Shown here: piece by piece, positions 20,799-31,381 of the stretch
Layout: every line of letters begins with the position of its first letter
Position numbering within the stretch: position 1 is the stretch's first letter
Assembly: GCA_034530875.2 (NCBI GenBank)
Contig: JAVRCJ020000015.1
Location: forward strand, 48,744-112,743
Length of the DNA stretch: 64,000 bases
Source of the DNA: Nostoc sp. DedSLP01
Lineage (GTDB): Bacteria > Cyanobacteriota > Cyanobacteriia > Cyanobacteriales > Nostocaceae
Reading direction: 5' to 3'
The notes under the pieces: generated by a model
Told to the model about the DNA's origin: nothing
Databases searched by the model: none
Seen by the model: only the letters and a program-made list of their open reading frames with translations
Made by a program: the position numbers and the translations under genes

Positions 20799-22028
20799 CT
20801 ACTTTTTGGGGTAAGTCCCTGATTGCACTTTGAAGGTTTGGATTTTACCGCTGCGGTTGACTTCGATCGCTAAAATATCCCCTACTTTGCTGGACTCTAC
20901 TAGCTTCTGTACTTGGGCCGAGGTTTTGACTGGCTGACCGTTGACTTTTTGAATTACGTCTCCGGGAAGAAGTCCTCCGCGCTTGGCTGGAGAGTCATCT
21001 GCTACTGATTTAATCGCAATTCCCGCTTCCTGCTGAATATTCAGTTGATTTTCTTGATTAATCTGCTGTTTTCTGGTGGGAGAAAGGTCTACCATGTCAA
21101 TACCCACGAAGGGATGTTCTACACGCCCTTTGGTAAACAGTTCATTGGCAATGCGGGCGGCGGTTTCAATGGGGATGGCAAAGCCAAGTCCTTGAGCATC
21201 AGCGCGGATGGCAGTATTAATACCAATGACTTCCCCTTGCGCGTTTAACAACGGGCCGCCGGAATTGCCAGGGTTAATGGCGGCATCAGTTTGGATAAAG
21301 CTCACTCGCTTGTCTGGAACGCCAACTTGGGAGCTAGTACGGTCTGTGGCGCTGATAATGCCAATAGTGACAGTATTATCCAAACCTAAAGGATTGCCAA
21401 TGGCGATCGCCCATTGTCCTGGTATCAAGTTTTGCGAGTTTCCCAACTTCACCGTCGGTAAGTGGTCGGCTTTGATTTTCACTACCGCTACATCAGTCAT
21501 AGAATCAACTCCCACCACCTTCCCTTCTAAAGTCCGACCATCTTTAAGGGTAACTACTACCGTATCTGTATCGGCTACTACATGAGCGTTAGTGAGTAAT
21601 TGTCCATCTTCGCTCAAAATAAATCCCGACCCTGTACCGCGCTCAATGCGTTCTTGGGGAATTGGTTGCTCATCTTCTCCAAAGAATCGCCGCAAGAGGG
21701 GATTTTTTAAAGCGTCAGAAATAGGATTGGCTACTTTGCGGGTGGCATTAATCCGCACCACAGCCGGGCCAACTTTTTGTACTGCTGTTGCAATAAAATT
21801 TACATTATCGCCCCCAGTACTTCCAATTGCTCCGTTAGGAGAATGGGGAACTACTGATTCTGGGGGCAAAGCCATTGTTACATTTTTTAATTGTTGGAAC
21901 GAGCGATTTTGTGGCAGCAGATAACGACTGCCAAACAAACCTGCACCACCGCCGATCGCGAGTAAAAACAGATAAACCGCTAGTTGCTTTAAGGATAACT
22001 TCATAATCATTCTGCTTAAGGACAGCAA
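20799..22028 (-). CDS. HhoA/HhoB/HtrA serine protease with PDZ domain (start may be ~22010)
   Basis: GTGSGFI, TNAHVV, DVAV, QTDAAINPGNSGGPL and a C-terminal PDZ domain. Confidence 0.93.
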   Translation of the reverse strand: MLSLSRMIMKLSLKQLAVYLFLLAIGGGAGLFGSRYLLPQNRSFQQLKNVTMALPPESVVPHSPNGAIGSTGGDNVNFIATAVQKVGPAVVRINATRKVANPISDALKNPLLRRFFGEDEQPIPQERIERGTGSGFILSEDGQLLTNAHVVADTDTVVVTLKDGRTLEGKVVGVDSMTDVAVVKIKADHLPTVKLGNSQNLIPGQWAIAIGNPLGLDNTVTIGIISATDRTSSQVGVPDKRVSFIQTDAAINPGNSGGPLLNAQGEVIGINTAIRADAQGLGFAIPIETAARIANELFTKGRVEHPFVGIDMVDLSPTRKQQINQENQLNIQQEAGIAIKSVADDSPAKRGGLLPGDVIQKVNGQPVKTSAQVQKLVESSKVGDILAIEVNRSGKIQTFKVQSGTYPKK

Positions 22029-22278
22029 TGCAGTTGCTAATTTCTAAGTGTAATCAAGTCAACAGCAAGTGGATAGATCAATTTAGGGAATTGGGCATAG
22101 GGGATGGGGGGATGAGGAGGCTCTTGAGGCTGGGGAAAAGGTTAAAGGGAAAAGGGAAAAGGAATAAATTTAATCTTTCCCCTTTCCCCCTTACCCCTTT
22201 CCCTTTCCCCGTACCAATTGCCCAATCCCCAATCTCTCCATCTAAAATTTAAAGTTAATGCGCTTTTGACTTATATAC

Positions 22279-23175
22279 ATGACTTTAGCCTTTCGTCAAC
22301 TATTTCTCTGTAGCTTAGTTAGCGCCTTGGGCCTAGTATCCATACTGCCAAACTCGAACAGCGCCAGCGCTGCTGGAAACGGTTGCCCAACTCCAGCCCT
22401 ATCTCGCTTCCAACGCCATAAAGTAGTTCGTGGCGAAACTTTGGAGAGTATAGCGCAGCGTTACAATCTGATTCCTACAACTATTATTGGTATGAATCCA
22501 GTTTTACAGAACAACGGGGCAATCGCAGCCGTTGGTACTGTGCTGCAAATTCCTCCCTACAATGGGATTGTAGTCGAAGTGCCTAGCGGTCAAACTTGGC
22601 GGCAAGTGGCAGCAAAATATAAGGTTCGTGCTGATAGCCTTTTTGAGGTCAATGGTTGCCAACAAGACCCGAGAATTGTCTTTGTTCCGGGGGTAAATTG
22701 GTCGCCTAGTGGTGTTGTTACTAAGTCCCCGATACCTAGTGGCACAAGTACCCAAAACCGTGCATCTCTATCAGGATATCCCTTAGCAGAAGTGGTGGCT
22801 GTAGCATTAGCTTACGGCTGGCAGATTAATCCTGCTACAGGTCAGGTTTTCTTCCATAGTGGTGTTGATTTGTTAGCCCCAGTTGGTACAGATGTGTTAG
22901 CGATCGCACCTGGAACCGTAGCCTTTGCTGATGACCAAGGTAGTTATGGCAAATTAGTCATCATTAACCACGCTAGTGGACTCCAAAGCCGTTACGCCCA
23001 ACTTGACAGTATCAAAGTCAGTGTCGGTCAACAAGTCAACAAAGGAGACTTATTAGGAACCGTAGGCACCAGTGGAACGCCAAGTGCCATTCAACCCCAT
23101 CTCCATTTTGAAGTGCGTTCTAGCTCATCTCTGGGTTGGGTAGCGCAAGATCCTAAGGGTTATTTGAAGAAATGA
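22279..23175 (+). CDS. LysM plus M23 peptidase
   Basis: Signal peptide, LysM HKVVRGETLESIAQRY, HSGVD and PHLHFE. Confidence 0.9.
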   Translation: MTLAFRQLFLCSLVSALGLVSILPNSNSASAAGNGCPTPALSRFQRHKVVRGETLESIAQRYNLIPTTIIGMNPVLQNNGAIAAVGTVLQIPPYNGIVVEVPSGQTWRQVAAKYKVRADSLFEVNGCQQDPRIVFVPGVNWSPSGVVTKSPIPSGTSTQNRASLSGYPLAEVVAVALAYGWQINPATGQVFFHSGVDLLAPVGTDVLAIAPGTVAFADDQGSYGKLVIINHASGLQSRYAQLDSIKVSVGQQVNKGDLLGTVGTSGTPSAIQPHLHFEVRSSSSLGWVAQDPKGYLKK

Positions 23176-23247
23176 GGAAATGAGGACAAGGAACTTCCAA
23201 ATAAAAAAATATCCTATCGTTGTGTAAGCAGAGGGGCAGAGGAGGCA

Positions 23248-23320
23248 GAGGAGACAAGGAAGTGTGGGGAGTGTGGGGGGAAAGATTTCTTCCCCATCCT
23301 CCCACACCTCCCACACCTCC
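23248..23320. repeat. Dispersed repeat family B (also at 27996-28095 and inverted at 39161-39245)
   Basis: Shared core GTGTGGGGAGTGTGG...AAAGATTTCTTCCCCATCCTCCCACACCTCCCACAC. Confidence 0.85.
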
Positions 23321-23335
23321 TGCTTGCTCCATGCC

Positions 23336-24370
23336 CTATGCCCAATTCCCAATATCGCTAGATTTGACGACGTGCATTCCTGCCTCTGCAAATCTGGTAA
23401 ACGCCGCATCTGCTTGTTCTGTATAGTCCACAACACCAGGAACAACAACAGGAGAAGTGCAATCTTCTAGCAAATAAATTTTTTGAGCAAGGGTGGCATC
23501 TACCTGTTTAATCTCTGTTAATAAATCGTCAATTGTCCAAGCCACACAATGGCTTTTAGCTTGACCCCCAATAATCACAACATCAAATTCTAAAAGTTGC
23601 TTAATCAAGCACGTATTTTTTTGAGCGAGTGGACGTTGCTCAAAATCTTCTAACACTTCCGGACGCAAAATAGAATAGTTTTCTGTTAAAGGATTTTCAC
23701 CTTTAATTTCAAATTGTGTTTGATTTTGACGAGCAATATTATGGAAAAATATTGCCTCTTCTACTGATGAAACTAAAGCATGACCAATACCACCCAACAT
23801 TGAATGATAAGGCCAAACAATTAACGGATATTTACCGTCTTGGCTGAGTTTCTTAACGTAATGGTAAGCATGTTTCTCTAATAATTCATAATCGCCATTA
23901 GTCACACTATTAGCAACTGCTGGGTTGACTTTCCAAATACCTTCTTCGATATCTTTGGGAGTTATGGTAGTAGCTGCTGGAGTAGGATGTTCGCCAGCAG
24001 CATTTACCCAAAATATCGGATGAAAAATTTGTGTTGCTGTGTGAGTATCTAAAGTAGGTACAATTTTTGTAATTACTCCTAAGTTGCGGTAAATAAATTC
24101 AGATAATCGCCGATTATCATCTACTGCCGCATTTCCAGATTTTCCACCGACAAATAATTCAAACCCAGGTATGCAGAAAGTGTTTTGGACATCAATTAAT
24201 AGTAGACAAATTCGGGTTTTATCTGAAGATGCAGGTTGAATATTATGTTGCTTTGCCCAGATTTCAGCTTCTGTTGCACGTTCTTGATAAGGTACGCGCC
24301 AAACTTCGCCCACTTGATTGGGGTTAAAGTGTGAGGGAATTGGTAAATGGGTTGTTGTGAGAGTATTCAT
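23336..24370 (-). CDS. Isochorismatase/nicotinamidase-like cysteine hydrolase
   Basis: [19 protein letters not shown] and GQAKSHCV. Confidence 0.85.
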   Translation of the reverse strand: MNTLTTTHLPIPSHFNPNQVGEVWRVPYQERATEAEIWAKQHNIQPASSDKTRICLLLIDVQNTFCIPGFELFVGGKSGNAAVDDNRRLSEFIYRNLGVITKIVPTLDTHTATQIFHPIFWVNAAGEHPTPAATTITPKDIEEGIWKVNPAVANSVTNGDYELLEKHAYHYVKKLSQDGKYPLIVWPYHSMLGGIGHALVSSVEEAIFFHNIARQNQTQFEIKGENPLTENYSILRPEVLEDFEQRPLAQKNTCLIKQLLEFDVVIIGGQAKSHCVAWTIDDLLTEIKQVDATLAQKIYLLEDCTSPVVVPGVVDYTEQADAAFTRFAEAGMHVVKSSDIGNWA

Positions 24371-24443
24371 AATTACAGGTAAATTTATTCTGTAATAACA
24401 TCAATAATTTAAATCCCAAAATTTTCTTAAGTCTAGCGTTACT

Positions 24444-24728
24444 TTAGTACACATCATCATGAGAACCTAAGGTTACCAACAAAATTTCTTCCTCTCCTGA
24501 TTCAGGATTTGTAACAAATTTAAATAAAATCCGATTATCATAATCCATTGAACATGAGTATGTACCCGAGAAATCACCTTTTAGCTTGTGACTACGTAGA
24601 CTGGGTTGAAAAGGATCTGCCGCTATTTGTTGTAATAGTTGCTCAATTTAAGAACGTAACTCAGGATTTTTCTTAACTACACGTTTAAAAGCACGAACAA
24701 AAGTCGGACTCCAAACCCAATTTTTTAC
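24444..24728 (-). pseudogene. RelE/YafQ-family toxin pseudogene
   Basis: Manual translation: VKNWVWSPTFVRAFKRVVKKNPELRS*IEQLL...SLRSHKLKGDFSG...LGSHDDVY*. Internal TAA at 24648-24650, and GTA where a start codon is expected. Confidence 0.88.
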
Positions 24729-24943
24729 TCGTCCAACTCCGCCATCAAATCTGCAACTGAACCACGGCGGACATTACCTTGAGCATAATCATTCTCTGCT
24801 TGCGCGATTTCTTTTAATAAGTCATCCCGTCGCTGTTGTTTGAGGCGCTTTTGGATAATATCTACAAGAATAGCCTGAGCTTCTGGGTCTAGTGCTTCTA
24901 CTGCCTCTATAGCTTTCTGAAATGTAGATGTTTTTTCTAACAT
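24725..24943 (-). CDS. Putative antitoxin
   Basis: 72 aa ending ...GNVRRGSVADLMAELDE, with a 4-nt overlap with the RelE-like frame. Confidence 0.75.
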   Translation of the reverse strand: MLEKTSTFQKAIEAVEALDPEAQAILVDIIQKRLKQQRRDDLLKEIAQAENDYAQGNVRRGSVADLMAELDE

Positions 24944-25145
24944 GCGGGCCGAATAATTTAGTGAGAAGTCTAATGTAACTGGCGGTGGCAAATGTCTGTA
25001 TAACACCTAAAGCCCAAGAGGCTTTTTAGCTTACTCCATTTTTTTTCTCCCTAATCGTTCAAAAATGCCCTAGCTGTGGCAATCTGGGAACAGAGATTTA
25101 TCCAATCTGAATATTTTAACTACAACAAATTTGCCTAGTCAGGTT

Positions 25146-26369
25146 ATGCAAACTCTGCCCGCACAAGATAATTCAAATACTACAAGCCAGCCTACCTTTG
25201 ATACAACTATCAAGCGGCGTCAAACCCGTCCCGTAAAGGTAGGTAATGTCACCATTGGCGGGGGCTATCCCGTTGTAGTCCAGTCAATGATTAACGAAGA
25301 CACTCTTGATATCGATGGTTCCGTGGCTGCTATTCGTCGTCTGCACGAAATCGGCTGCGAAATTGTTCGCGTCACAGTGCCAAGTATGGCTCATGCTAAA
25401 GCTCTAGCAGAAATTAAACAAAAATTAATTAAAACTTACCAAGACGTGCCAATTGTGGCTGATGTCCATCACAATGGTATGAAAATCGCTCTGGAAGTTG
25501 CCAAGCACATTGATAAAGTGCGGATTAATCCGGGGTTATATGTCTTTGAAAAGCCAAACTTTAATCGAACTGAGTATAGTAAAGCTGAATTTGACGAAAT
25601 TGGCGAAAAAATTCGCGAAACTCTAGAACCTCTAGTTGTTTCTTTGCGCGACCAAGGTAAATCAATGCGAATCGGTGTAAATCACGGTTCCCTGGCCGAG
25701 AGGATGCTATTTACCTACGGTGACACCCCTGAAGGAATGGTGGAATCAGCCATAGAATTTATTCGCATCTGTGAATCTTTAGATTTTCATAACTTGGTAA
25801 TTTCCATGAAAGCCTCACGAGTACCGGTGATGGTAGCCGCGTATCGTCTCATAGCCAAGCGCATGGATGAACTAGGTATGGATTATCCGCTGCACTTGGG
25901 TGTCACAGAAGCCGGTGATGGCGAATACGGACGGATTAAATCCACAGCGGGTATTGCGACATTACTCGCTGATGGCATTGGCGACACAATTCGCGTTTCA
26001 CTTACAGAAGCGCCAGAAAAAGAAATCCCCGTCTGCTACAGCATTCTCCAAGCTTTGGGATTGCGGAAAACGATGGTGGAATACGTCGCCTGTCCTTCCT
26101 GCGGGCGGACTTTGTTCAACCTGGAAGAAGTGCTGCACAAAGTCAGGGAAGCCACTAAACACTTAACTGGGCTAGACATAGCAGTTATGGGCTGCATCGT
26201 CAATGGCCCCGGAGAAATGGCAGATGCCGACTATGGTTATGTTGGCAAAACACCAGGCTACATTTCTTTGTATCGTGGCAGAGAAGAAATTAAAAAAGTC
26301 CCAGAAGACAAAGGTGTAGAAGAATTAATTAACTTAATTAAGGCAGATGGACGCTGGGTAGAACCGTAG
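25146..26369 (+). CDS. ispG: HMBPP synthase
   Basis: [32 protein letters not shown] and GCIVNGPGE. Confidence 0.97.
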   Translation: MQTLPAQDNSNTTSQPTFDTTIKRRQTRPVKVGNVTIGGGYPVVVQSMINEDTLDIDGSVAAIRRLHEIGCEIVRVTVPSMAHAKALAEIKQKLIKTYQDVPIVADVHHNGMKIALEVAKHIDKVRINPGLYVFEKPNFNRTEYSKAEFDEIGEKIRETLEPLVVSLRDQGKSMRIGVNHGSLAERMLFTYGDTPEGMVESAIEFIRICESLDFHNLVISMKASRVPVMVAAYRLIAKRMDELGMDYPLHLGVTEAGDGEYGRIKSTAGIATLLADGIGDTIRVSLTEAPEKEIPVCYSILQALGLRKTMVEYVACPSCGRTLFNLEEVLHKVREATKHLTGLDIAVMGCIVNGPGEMADADYGYVGKTPGYISLYRGREEIKKVPEDKGVEELINLIKADGRWVEP

Positions 26370-26682
26370 GAGGAGTGGGGAAATGGCTTCGCCAAGGGGA
26401 AAGGGCAAAGCGCAAGGGGCAAAGGTCATAGGAACAAGCAAAGACCCCTCCTTTTTCCTTTAACCTTTTCCCTTTCCCCTTGTCCCCTATCTCTACCTCT
26501 TTTCCCTACCCGAAGGGTTGCCCCATAGCCAATTTTAAAACTTTTGTATAGATGACCACCAAGAACGGCTGATTGTCAAGTATTTTGTTGAAATTAGAAA
26601 TACATGCTTAAGCTGTACAGTAATACCCTGTGTTAGATTGAGCATACTGACTATAAATTTTCCCTCTGACGCAGCTGTCATT

Positions 26683-27969
26683 ATGGTGATTACAAAAAAT
26701 AGGCTTGTTTTGGGTGCTACGGCAGTAACACTCTCCACGATCGCTGTTACTAGCCTTGGCATTCACTCACGAGGTCAGGCTTTATATGAAGCAAGTCCCA
26801 AGGCTTTAGTTGATGAAGTATGGCAAAATATATACCGTAATTATGTAGATGGTACTTTTAATCAAGTAGATTGGCAGGCTGTTCGTAACGAGTATGTGAA
26901 GAACAAGTCCTACAGTAATCAACAGGAAGCTTATAAGTCCATTCGGGAAATGCTCAAAAAGCTTGACGATCCCTACACCCGGTTTATGGATCCAGAGGAA
27001 TTTAAGAATATGCAAGTGGATACCTCTGGAGAATTGTCAGGGATTGGGATCACCATTGGTCAGGATGAAAAAACCAAGCAGTTGGTTGTAATTGCGCCAA
27101 TTGAAGATACACCAGCTTTTAAAGCTGGCATTCTAGCCAAGGATGTCATTATCAAAATCGACAACAAGAGTACTAAGGGAATGGATACTAATCAAGCAGT
27201 ATCCATGATCCGAGGTGAAGCCGGAACCGCAGTAACTCTAACAATTCAGCGAAGCGGTGAGACAAAAGAATTTAACATCAAACGAGCGCGAATTGAAATT
27301 CATCCAGTTAAATATTCTCAAAAACAAACTCCAGCAGGTAACCTTGGCTACATTCGTCTGAACCAGTTCAGTGCTAATGCTGGTAAAGAAATGCAATCAG
27401 CTATCAGAGATTTAGAAAGCAAAAAAGTATCTGGATATATCCTCGATTTACGTGGAAATCCAGGCGGTTTGCTGTTCTCCAGTATAGAAATTGCTCGGAT
27501 GTGGTTAGATAAAGGCACAATTGTTTCCACCATTGACCGTCAAGGTGAGCGAGAACGGGAAGTGGCAAACGGACGTGCCCTGACAAATAAACCTTTGGTG
27601 GTATTAGTAGATAAAGGTTCAGCTAGTGCCAGTGAAATCCTCTCAGGAGCGTTGCAAGATAACAAGCGTGCAACTTTAGTGGGTACTCAAACCTTCGGGA
27701 AGGGATTGGTACAATCGGTACGTCCCCTAGAGGATGGTTCGGGTTTGGCGGTGACAATTGCTAAATACCACACCCCTAGCGATCGCGATATTAATAAGCA
27801 TGGCATCGATCCAGATGTGAAAGTGGATTTAACTGATGCCCAGCGCCAGGACTTGTGGCTTAACGAACGCGACAAACTTGCTACCCTCAAAGACCCCCAA
27901 TTCGCTAAAGCAGTGGAAGTAATAGGTAAAAAGATTTCTGCTAAAGGCACAACCACAGCAGAAAAATAA
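26683..27969 (+). CDS. C-terminal processing protease (S41, Ctp family; paralog not resolved)
   Basis: DPYTRF, a PDZ domain, DLRGNPGG, SASASE and TFGKG. Confidence 0.93.
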   Translation: MVITKNRLVLGATAVTLSTIAVTSLGIHSRGQALYEASPKALVDEVWQNIYRNYVDGTFNQVDWQAVRNEYVKNKSYSNQQEAYKSIREMLKKLDDPYTRFMDPEEFKNMQVDTSGELSGIGITIGQDEKTKQLVVIAPIEDTPAFKAGILAKDVIIKIDNKSTKGMDTNQAVSMIRGEAGTAVTLTIQRSGETKEFNIKRARIEIHPVKYSQKQTPAGNLGYIRLNQFSANAGKEMQSAIRDLESKKVSGYILDLRGNPGGLLFSSIEIARMWLDKGTIVSTIDRQGEREREVANGRALTNKPLVVLVDKGSASASEILSGALQDNKRATLVGTQTFGKGLVQSVRPLEDGSGLAVTIAKYHTPSDRDINKHGIDPDVKVDLTDAQRQDLWLNERDKLATLKDPQFAKAVEVIGKKISAKGTTTAEK

Positions 27970-28114
27970 TTATTGTGGGTAGCAGGCAGGGGGCAGAGGA
28001 GACAAGGAAGTGTGGAAAGTGTGGGAAGTGTGGGGAGTGTGGGGAGTGTGGAGGGAAAGATTTCTTCCCCATCCTCCCACACCTCCCACACCTCGTGCTT
28101 GCCCGATGCCCCAT

Positions 28115-28300
28115 TCAAACTGGTTGGCACTTCCCAGCCCTAATGAGTCCAACGCGACGGGCGATCGCTTCTTCTTGTGAAGTATAAGGCCCCCACTGTT
28201 CTATAATCTCTGGATTGTCCTCTGCTACTTGGTCGCTGGGGACTATTTCGCAATTACCAGCAGAACGCTTGACAATATACCAGTTTTGTGCGTCGGTCAT
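28115..28300 (-). CDS. Small hypothetical cyanobacterial protein
   Basis: Protein-like ORF WYIVK...WGPYTSQEEAIARRVGLIRAGKC. Confidence 0.7.
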   Translation of the reverse strand: MTDAQNWYIVKRSAGNCEIVPSDQVAEDNPEIIEQWGPYTSQEEAIARRVGLIRAGKCQPV

Positions 28301-28388
28301 ACCGGAAATAAAAATTTGGTTTTGATAATAAGAATTTTACAAAGCAGATTGCTAGGATGGGCATTAAGAATCTTGTTTTGTTAAGCTT

Positions 28389-29174
28389 ATGCCTTCACTG
28401 TTTTCAGGGATGAATCCTTATTTAGAAAATCCTGAACTGTGGGCTGAAGTTCAAAGTTGGTTAGTTATTGCGATCGCTGATGCAATTGCTCCTCAACTAC
28501 GACCGAAATATCGAGTCGCAGTTGAAAAGAGAGTATATCAAATGATAGATGAAAATTCTATTCTCATTGGTATTGCTGATGCGACCGTAGGACGTTTATT
28601 AACAAATACAGATAAACGAAAATTGAATATTGCAGTAGCTTCTCCACCTGCAAAACCAATAACTGTTAACGTTCCAATACCAGAGGAAGTGCGAGAAGGA
28701 TACCTAGAGGTGCGGGAAGTTGGAACAGGAGAAGTTGTAGTTGCAATTGAGGTTTTATCTCCAAAAAATAAGCGTCCTGGAGAAGGAAGAAGGGCATACG
28801 AAAACAAGCGCCAGCAAGTATTAGGTAGCTTGACTCATTTGATTGAAATAGATTTGTTACGTGGTGGCGAACTTATGCCAATTTTAGGCAATCAAATTAA
28901 GTCAGATTATCGTATTTTAGTAAGCCGCAGCGAATTTCGTCCCAAAGCAGAATTATATGCTTTTGAAATCCAAGAGCAAATTCCAACTTTTTTGTTACCT
29001 CTACGTCAAGGCGATACAGAACCTTTAGTAGATTTACAAGCATTAATACACGGCGTGTACGAACGCGCCGGATTTGATTTGGCTATAGACTATACTCGCG
29101 AACCAATTCCGCCCCTTGCTGAAGCCGATGCTGCTTGGGCGAATGTATTGTTGCAAGAAATAGGGAAAGATTAA
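28389..29174 (+). CDS. DUF4058 family (restriction-endonuclease-like fold)
   Basis: MPSLFSGMNPYLE, IEVLSPKNK and HLIEIDLLRGG. Confidence 0.85.
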   Translation: MPSLFSGMNPYLENPELWAEVQSWLVIAIADAIAPQLRPKYRVAVEKRVYQMIDENSILIGIADATVGRLLTNTDKRKLNIAVASPPAKPITVNVPIPEEVREGYLEVREVGTGEVVVAIEVLSPKNKRPGEGRRAYENKRQQVLGSLTHLIEIDLLRGGELMPILGNQIKSDYRILVSRSEFRPKAELYAFEIQEQIPTFLLPLRQGDTEPLVDLQALIHGVYERAGFDLAIDYTREPIPPLAEADAAWANVLLQEIGKD

Positions 29175-29291
29175 TTGCCTTTAGCTTCTTATACAAATTC
29201 GTAATTCGTAATTCGTAATTTATATTGTATCTAAATTTCAAAACTAGACCGAGAGCCTATTATAATTCTGAATTCTGCTGTAACAGAAATT

Positions 29292-30227
29292 TTAGGGGTT
29301 TGATATTTTTGGTTCTTGCTGAATAATAATAGGCATTGCACCTTTTTCAGAACCGAGAACGACAATTTTAGAATTATTAGATTGAGCCAGTTTTTCAGTG
29401 GCTTCAATCGCTCGTAACTGTAACACTTGATTGGTGAGTCCACCAGAAATAATTTTTTGGGAATCAGCTATACCTTGAGCTTCAATACGCTTTCGCTCTG
29501 CCTCTTGACGCTCTTTTTCTAAAACAAATTCCATCTGCTGGTTTTCTTGCTCTGCTTTGAGTTTGTCTTGAATTGCAGCTTGTAGAGTCTCAGGCATTTT
29601 GATATCTCGCAAAAGTGCTTCCTCAACGATGAAACCTAAAACAGGTATTTCCTGGGTGAGTTGTTGGTCAATTTTTTGGGCGATTTCTTGACGTTTGGTA
29701 GAGTAAATAGCGCTAGCTGGGTAATTTGCTGTAATGGCACGGACAGTGGAACGGAATCTGGAAATTAACAATTGTGTTTCATCAGTTCCAATTGTTTTAT
29801 ATACTGTGGCTGCCTTTTGCGGATCGAGCCTGTATTGAAGGCTAACATCAAGATTTAAGCTTAAACCTTCTTGGGATGTTGCATTTATGTTTTCCTTGAC
29901 ATCTTTAAGGCGAGTTGAAAAATTCAGCACCTTGCTAAAGGGGTTCAATAAGTGAACGCCTGGATTAAGAGTAGTTTCAGAAACTTCACCGAAAAAATTG
30001 ACGACGCCGACATTACCTGGTGGAACAATAACCACAAGCCTAGAAATAGAATTTAGCACTGCGATCGCACCAATCAATACTGTAATTGTGCGTATCGCTA
30101 AACGCGACCTTTCGCTAGATATTCTATCTGTATTGAGATAAACGAGGATTGCAATCAGGGTAGTTAGCAGAGAAACTATAAAGCCCATAAGTTTTTTTGT
30201 CTGGTTAAGACGGATATAGTTAATCAC
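29292..30227 (-). CDS. SPFH/prohibitin family membrane protein (start may be ~30188)
   Basis: Two TM helices, VPPGNVGV, and EAERKRIEAQG. Confidence 0.88.
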   Translation of the reverse strand: MINYIRLNQTKKLMGFIVSLLTTLIAILVYLNTDRISSERSRLAIRTITVLIGAIAVLNSISRLVVIVPPGNVGVVNFFGEVSETTLNPGVHLLNPFSKVLNFSTRLKDVKENINATSQEGLSLNLDVSLQYRLDPQKAATVYKTIGTDETQLLISRFRSTVRAITANYPASAIYSTKRQEIAQKIDQQLTQEIPVLGFIVEEALLRDIKMPETLQAAIQDKLKAEQENQQMEFVLEKERQEAERKRIEAQGIADSQKIISGGLTNQVLQLRAIEATEKLAQSNNSKIVVLGSEKGAMPIIIQQEPKISNP

Positions 30228-30340
30228 ATAATTCCCAGACGCTTTTATGAAACTAATATTATTTCACGCAAGTTTTAACGAATCTGCATATTTTTAAACT
30301 GGAAGTGCGATCGGTTCGCTCGAAATGAATAGAAATATTC

Positions 30341-30448
30341 AGGGATGAGTAGCATTTGAGAGATAACCCCAATAGGGTGCTGAAAGAAGAATCCCCTGCC
30401 TGATTAAGTATCGCTTCGTCACTTAATCGCAAAGGCAGGGGAGGTCAA
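30341..30448 (+). mobile_element. Possible IS200/IS605-type right-end remnant
   Basis: GAATCCCCTGCCT...AGGCAGGGGAGGTCAA hairpin ending in TCAA, with no transposase nearby. Confidence 0.55.
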
Positions 30449-30474
30449 TTCAGGCTGTAAATACGCATCTATAG

Positions 30475-31107
30475 TTAGCGAACCGCAAAGCCTTCGGGTC
30501 TGATAGCCTCTTGTAAATCAACTCCCATCAGGTTCGCTCCTTGGATGTTTGCATTTGTCAGATTTGTTCTTTCCAACTCTGCGTTCTGTAAGTTTGCAGC
30601 TTGTAGGTTTGCTCCCAATAAGTTAGCCTTTTCTAGGTCTGCATCAAATAGGTTTGCTCCCGCCAAGTTTGCACCTGTGATGTTAGCCTTGCCTAAATCT
30701 GCTCCTTGCAAGTTTGCCCCTTGGAAGTTTGTTTGCTGTAAGTTTGCTCTTTCAAAATCTGCTTGTTGTAAGTTCGCACCTTGTAAGTTGGCTGCTTGCA
30801 GGTTTGCATCCTTGAGAATTGCACCAGTCAAGTTACAGCCGACACATTCGTTGGTTGTGAGTAAACGTTGAACGTTGGCTGCTACAGACTCCACTGGCAA
30901 TGGAACAGGAGATATTACTGGAGCTGGTTCCAATACTGGCGATGCTGCTGGTGATGTGATTGGAACTGATTCTAAGGCTGGTTCGGATGGTGCTACTGTT
31001 TGAGCTTTAGCACTGGGCTGATCGAGTAGTGAAAATGTAGCTACAACTACTACAAATAGGGCAGTTACGAGCCACTGAGTTAATTTTTTGGGATTTGGTT
31101 TATTCAT
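30475..31107 (-). CDS. Exported pentapeptide-repeat protein
   Basis: Signal peptide, Pro-rich linker, ECVGCNL and ANL repeats. Confidence 0.9.
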   Translation of the reverse strand: MNKPNPKKLTQWLVTALFVVVVATFSLLDQPSAKAQTVAPSEPALESVPITSPAASPVLEPAPVISPVPLPVESVAANVQRLLTTNECVGCNLTGAILKDANLQAANLQGANLQQADFERANLQQTNFQGANLQGADLGKANITGANLAGANLFDADLEKANLLGANLQAANLQNAELERTNLTNANIQGANLMGVDLQEAIRPEGFAVR

Positions 31108-31381
31108 TGTTTGCTTCCTTTGATAATTGCAGTGTTAGATTTTGTTTTGTAAGAGCCGTTAATAATTTGCTTTATGTTCACTTTAAATAAGTTGATTCAT
31201 AAGAGCAAGTGTTTTTTTTATTTAAAAGCATAAATTACAGTGATTAATTTTTGGGTATGGGAAGCGGCTTAGAGAAAAGCAGCTATAAACAGTTGAGCTA
31301 ATTGTGTAGACGTGTAGCAAGTTGTTGTTAGACATCCCATCCCAAAGTGCTAAGTTTACCACTGTGGCGATCGCCTCATCA

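Noticed and set aside
23125..23470. Short ORFs over family B repeats (also 27687-28187 and 38931-39439)
   Set aside because: Low-complexity translations of dispersed repeats, overlapping real genes.
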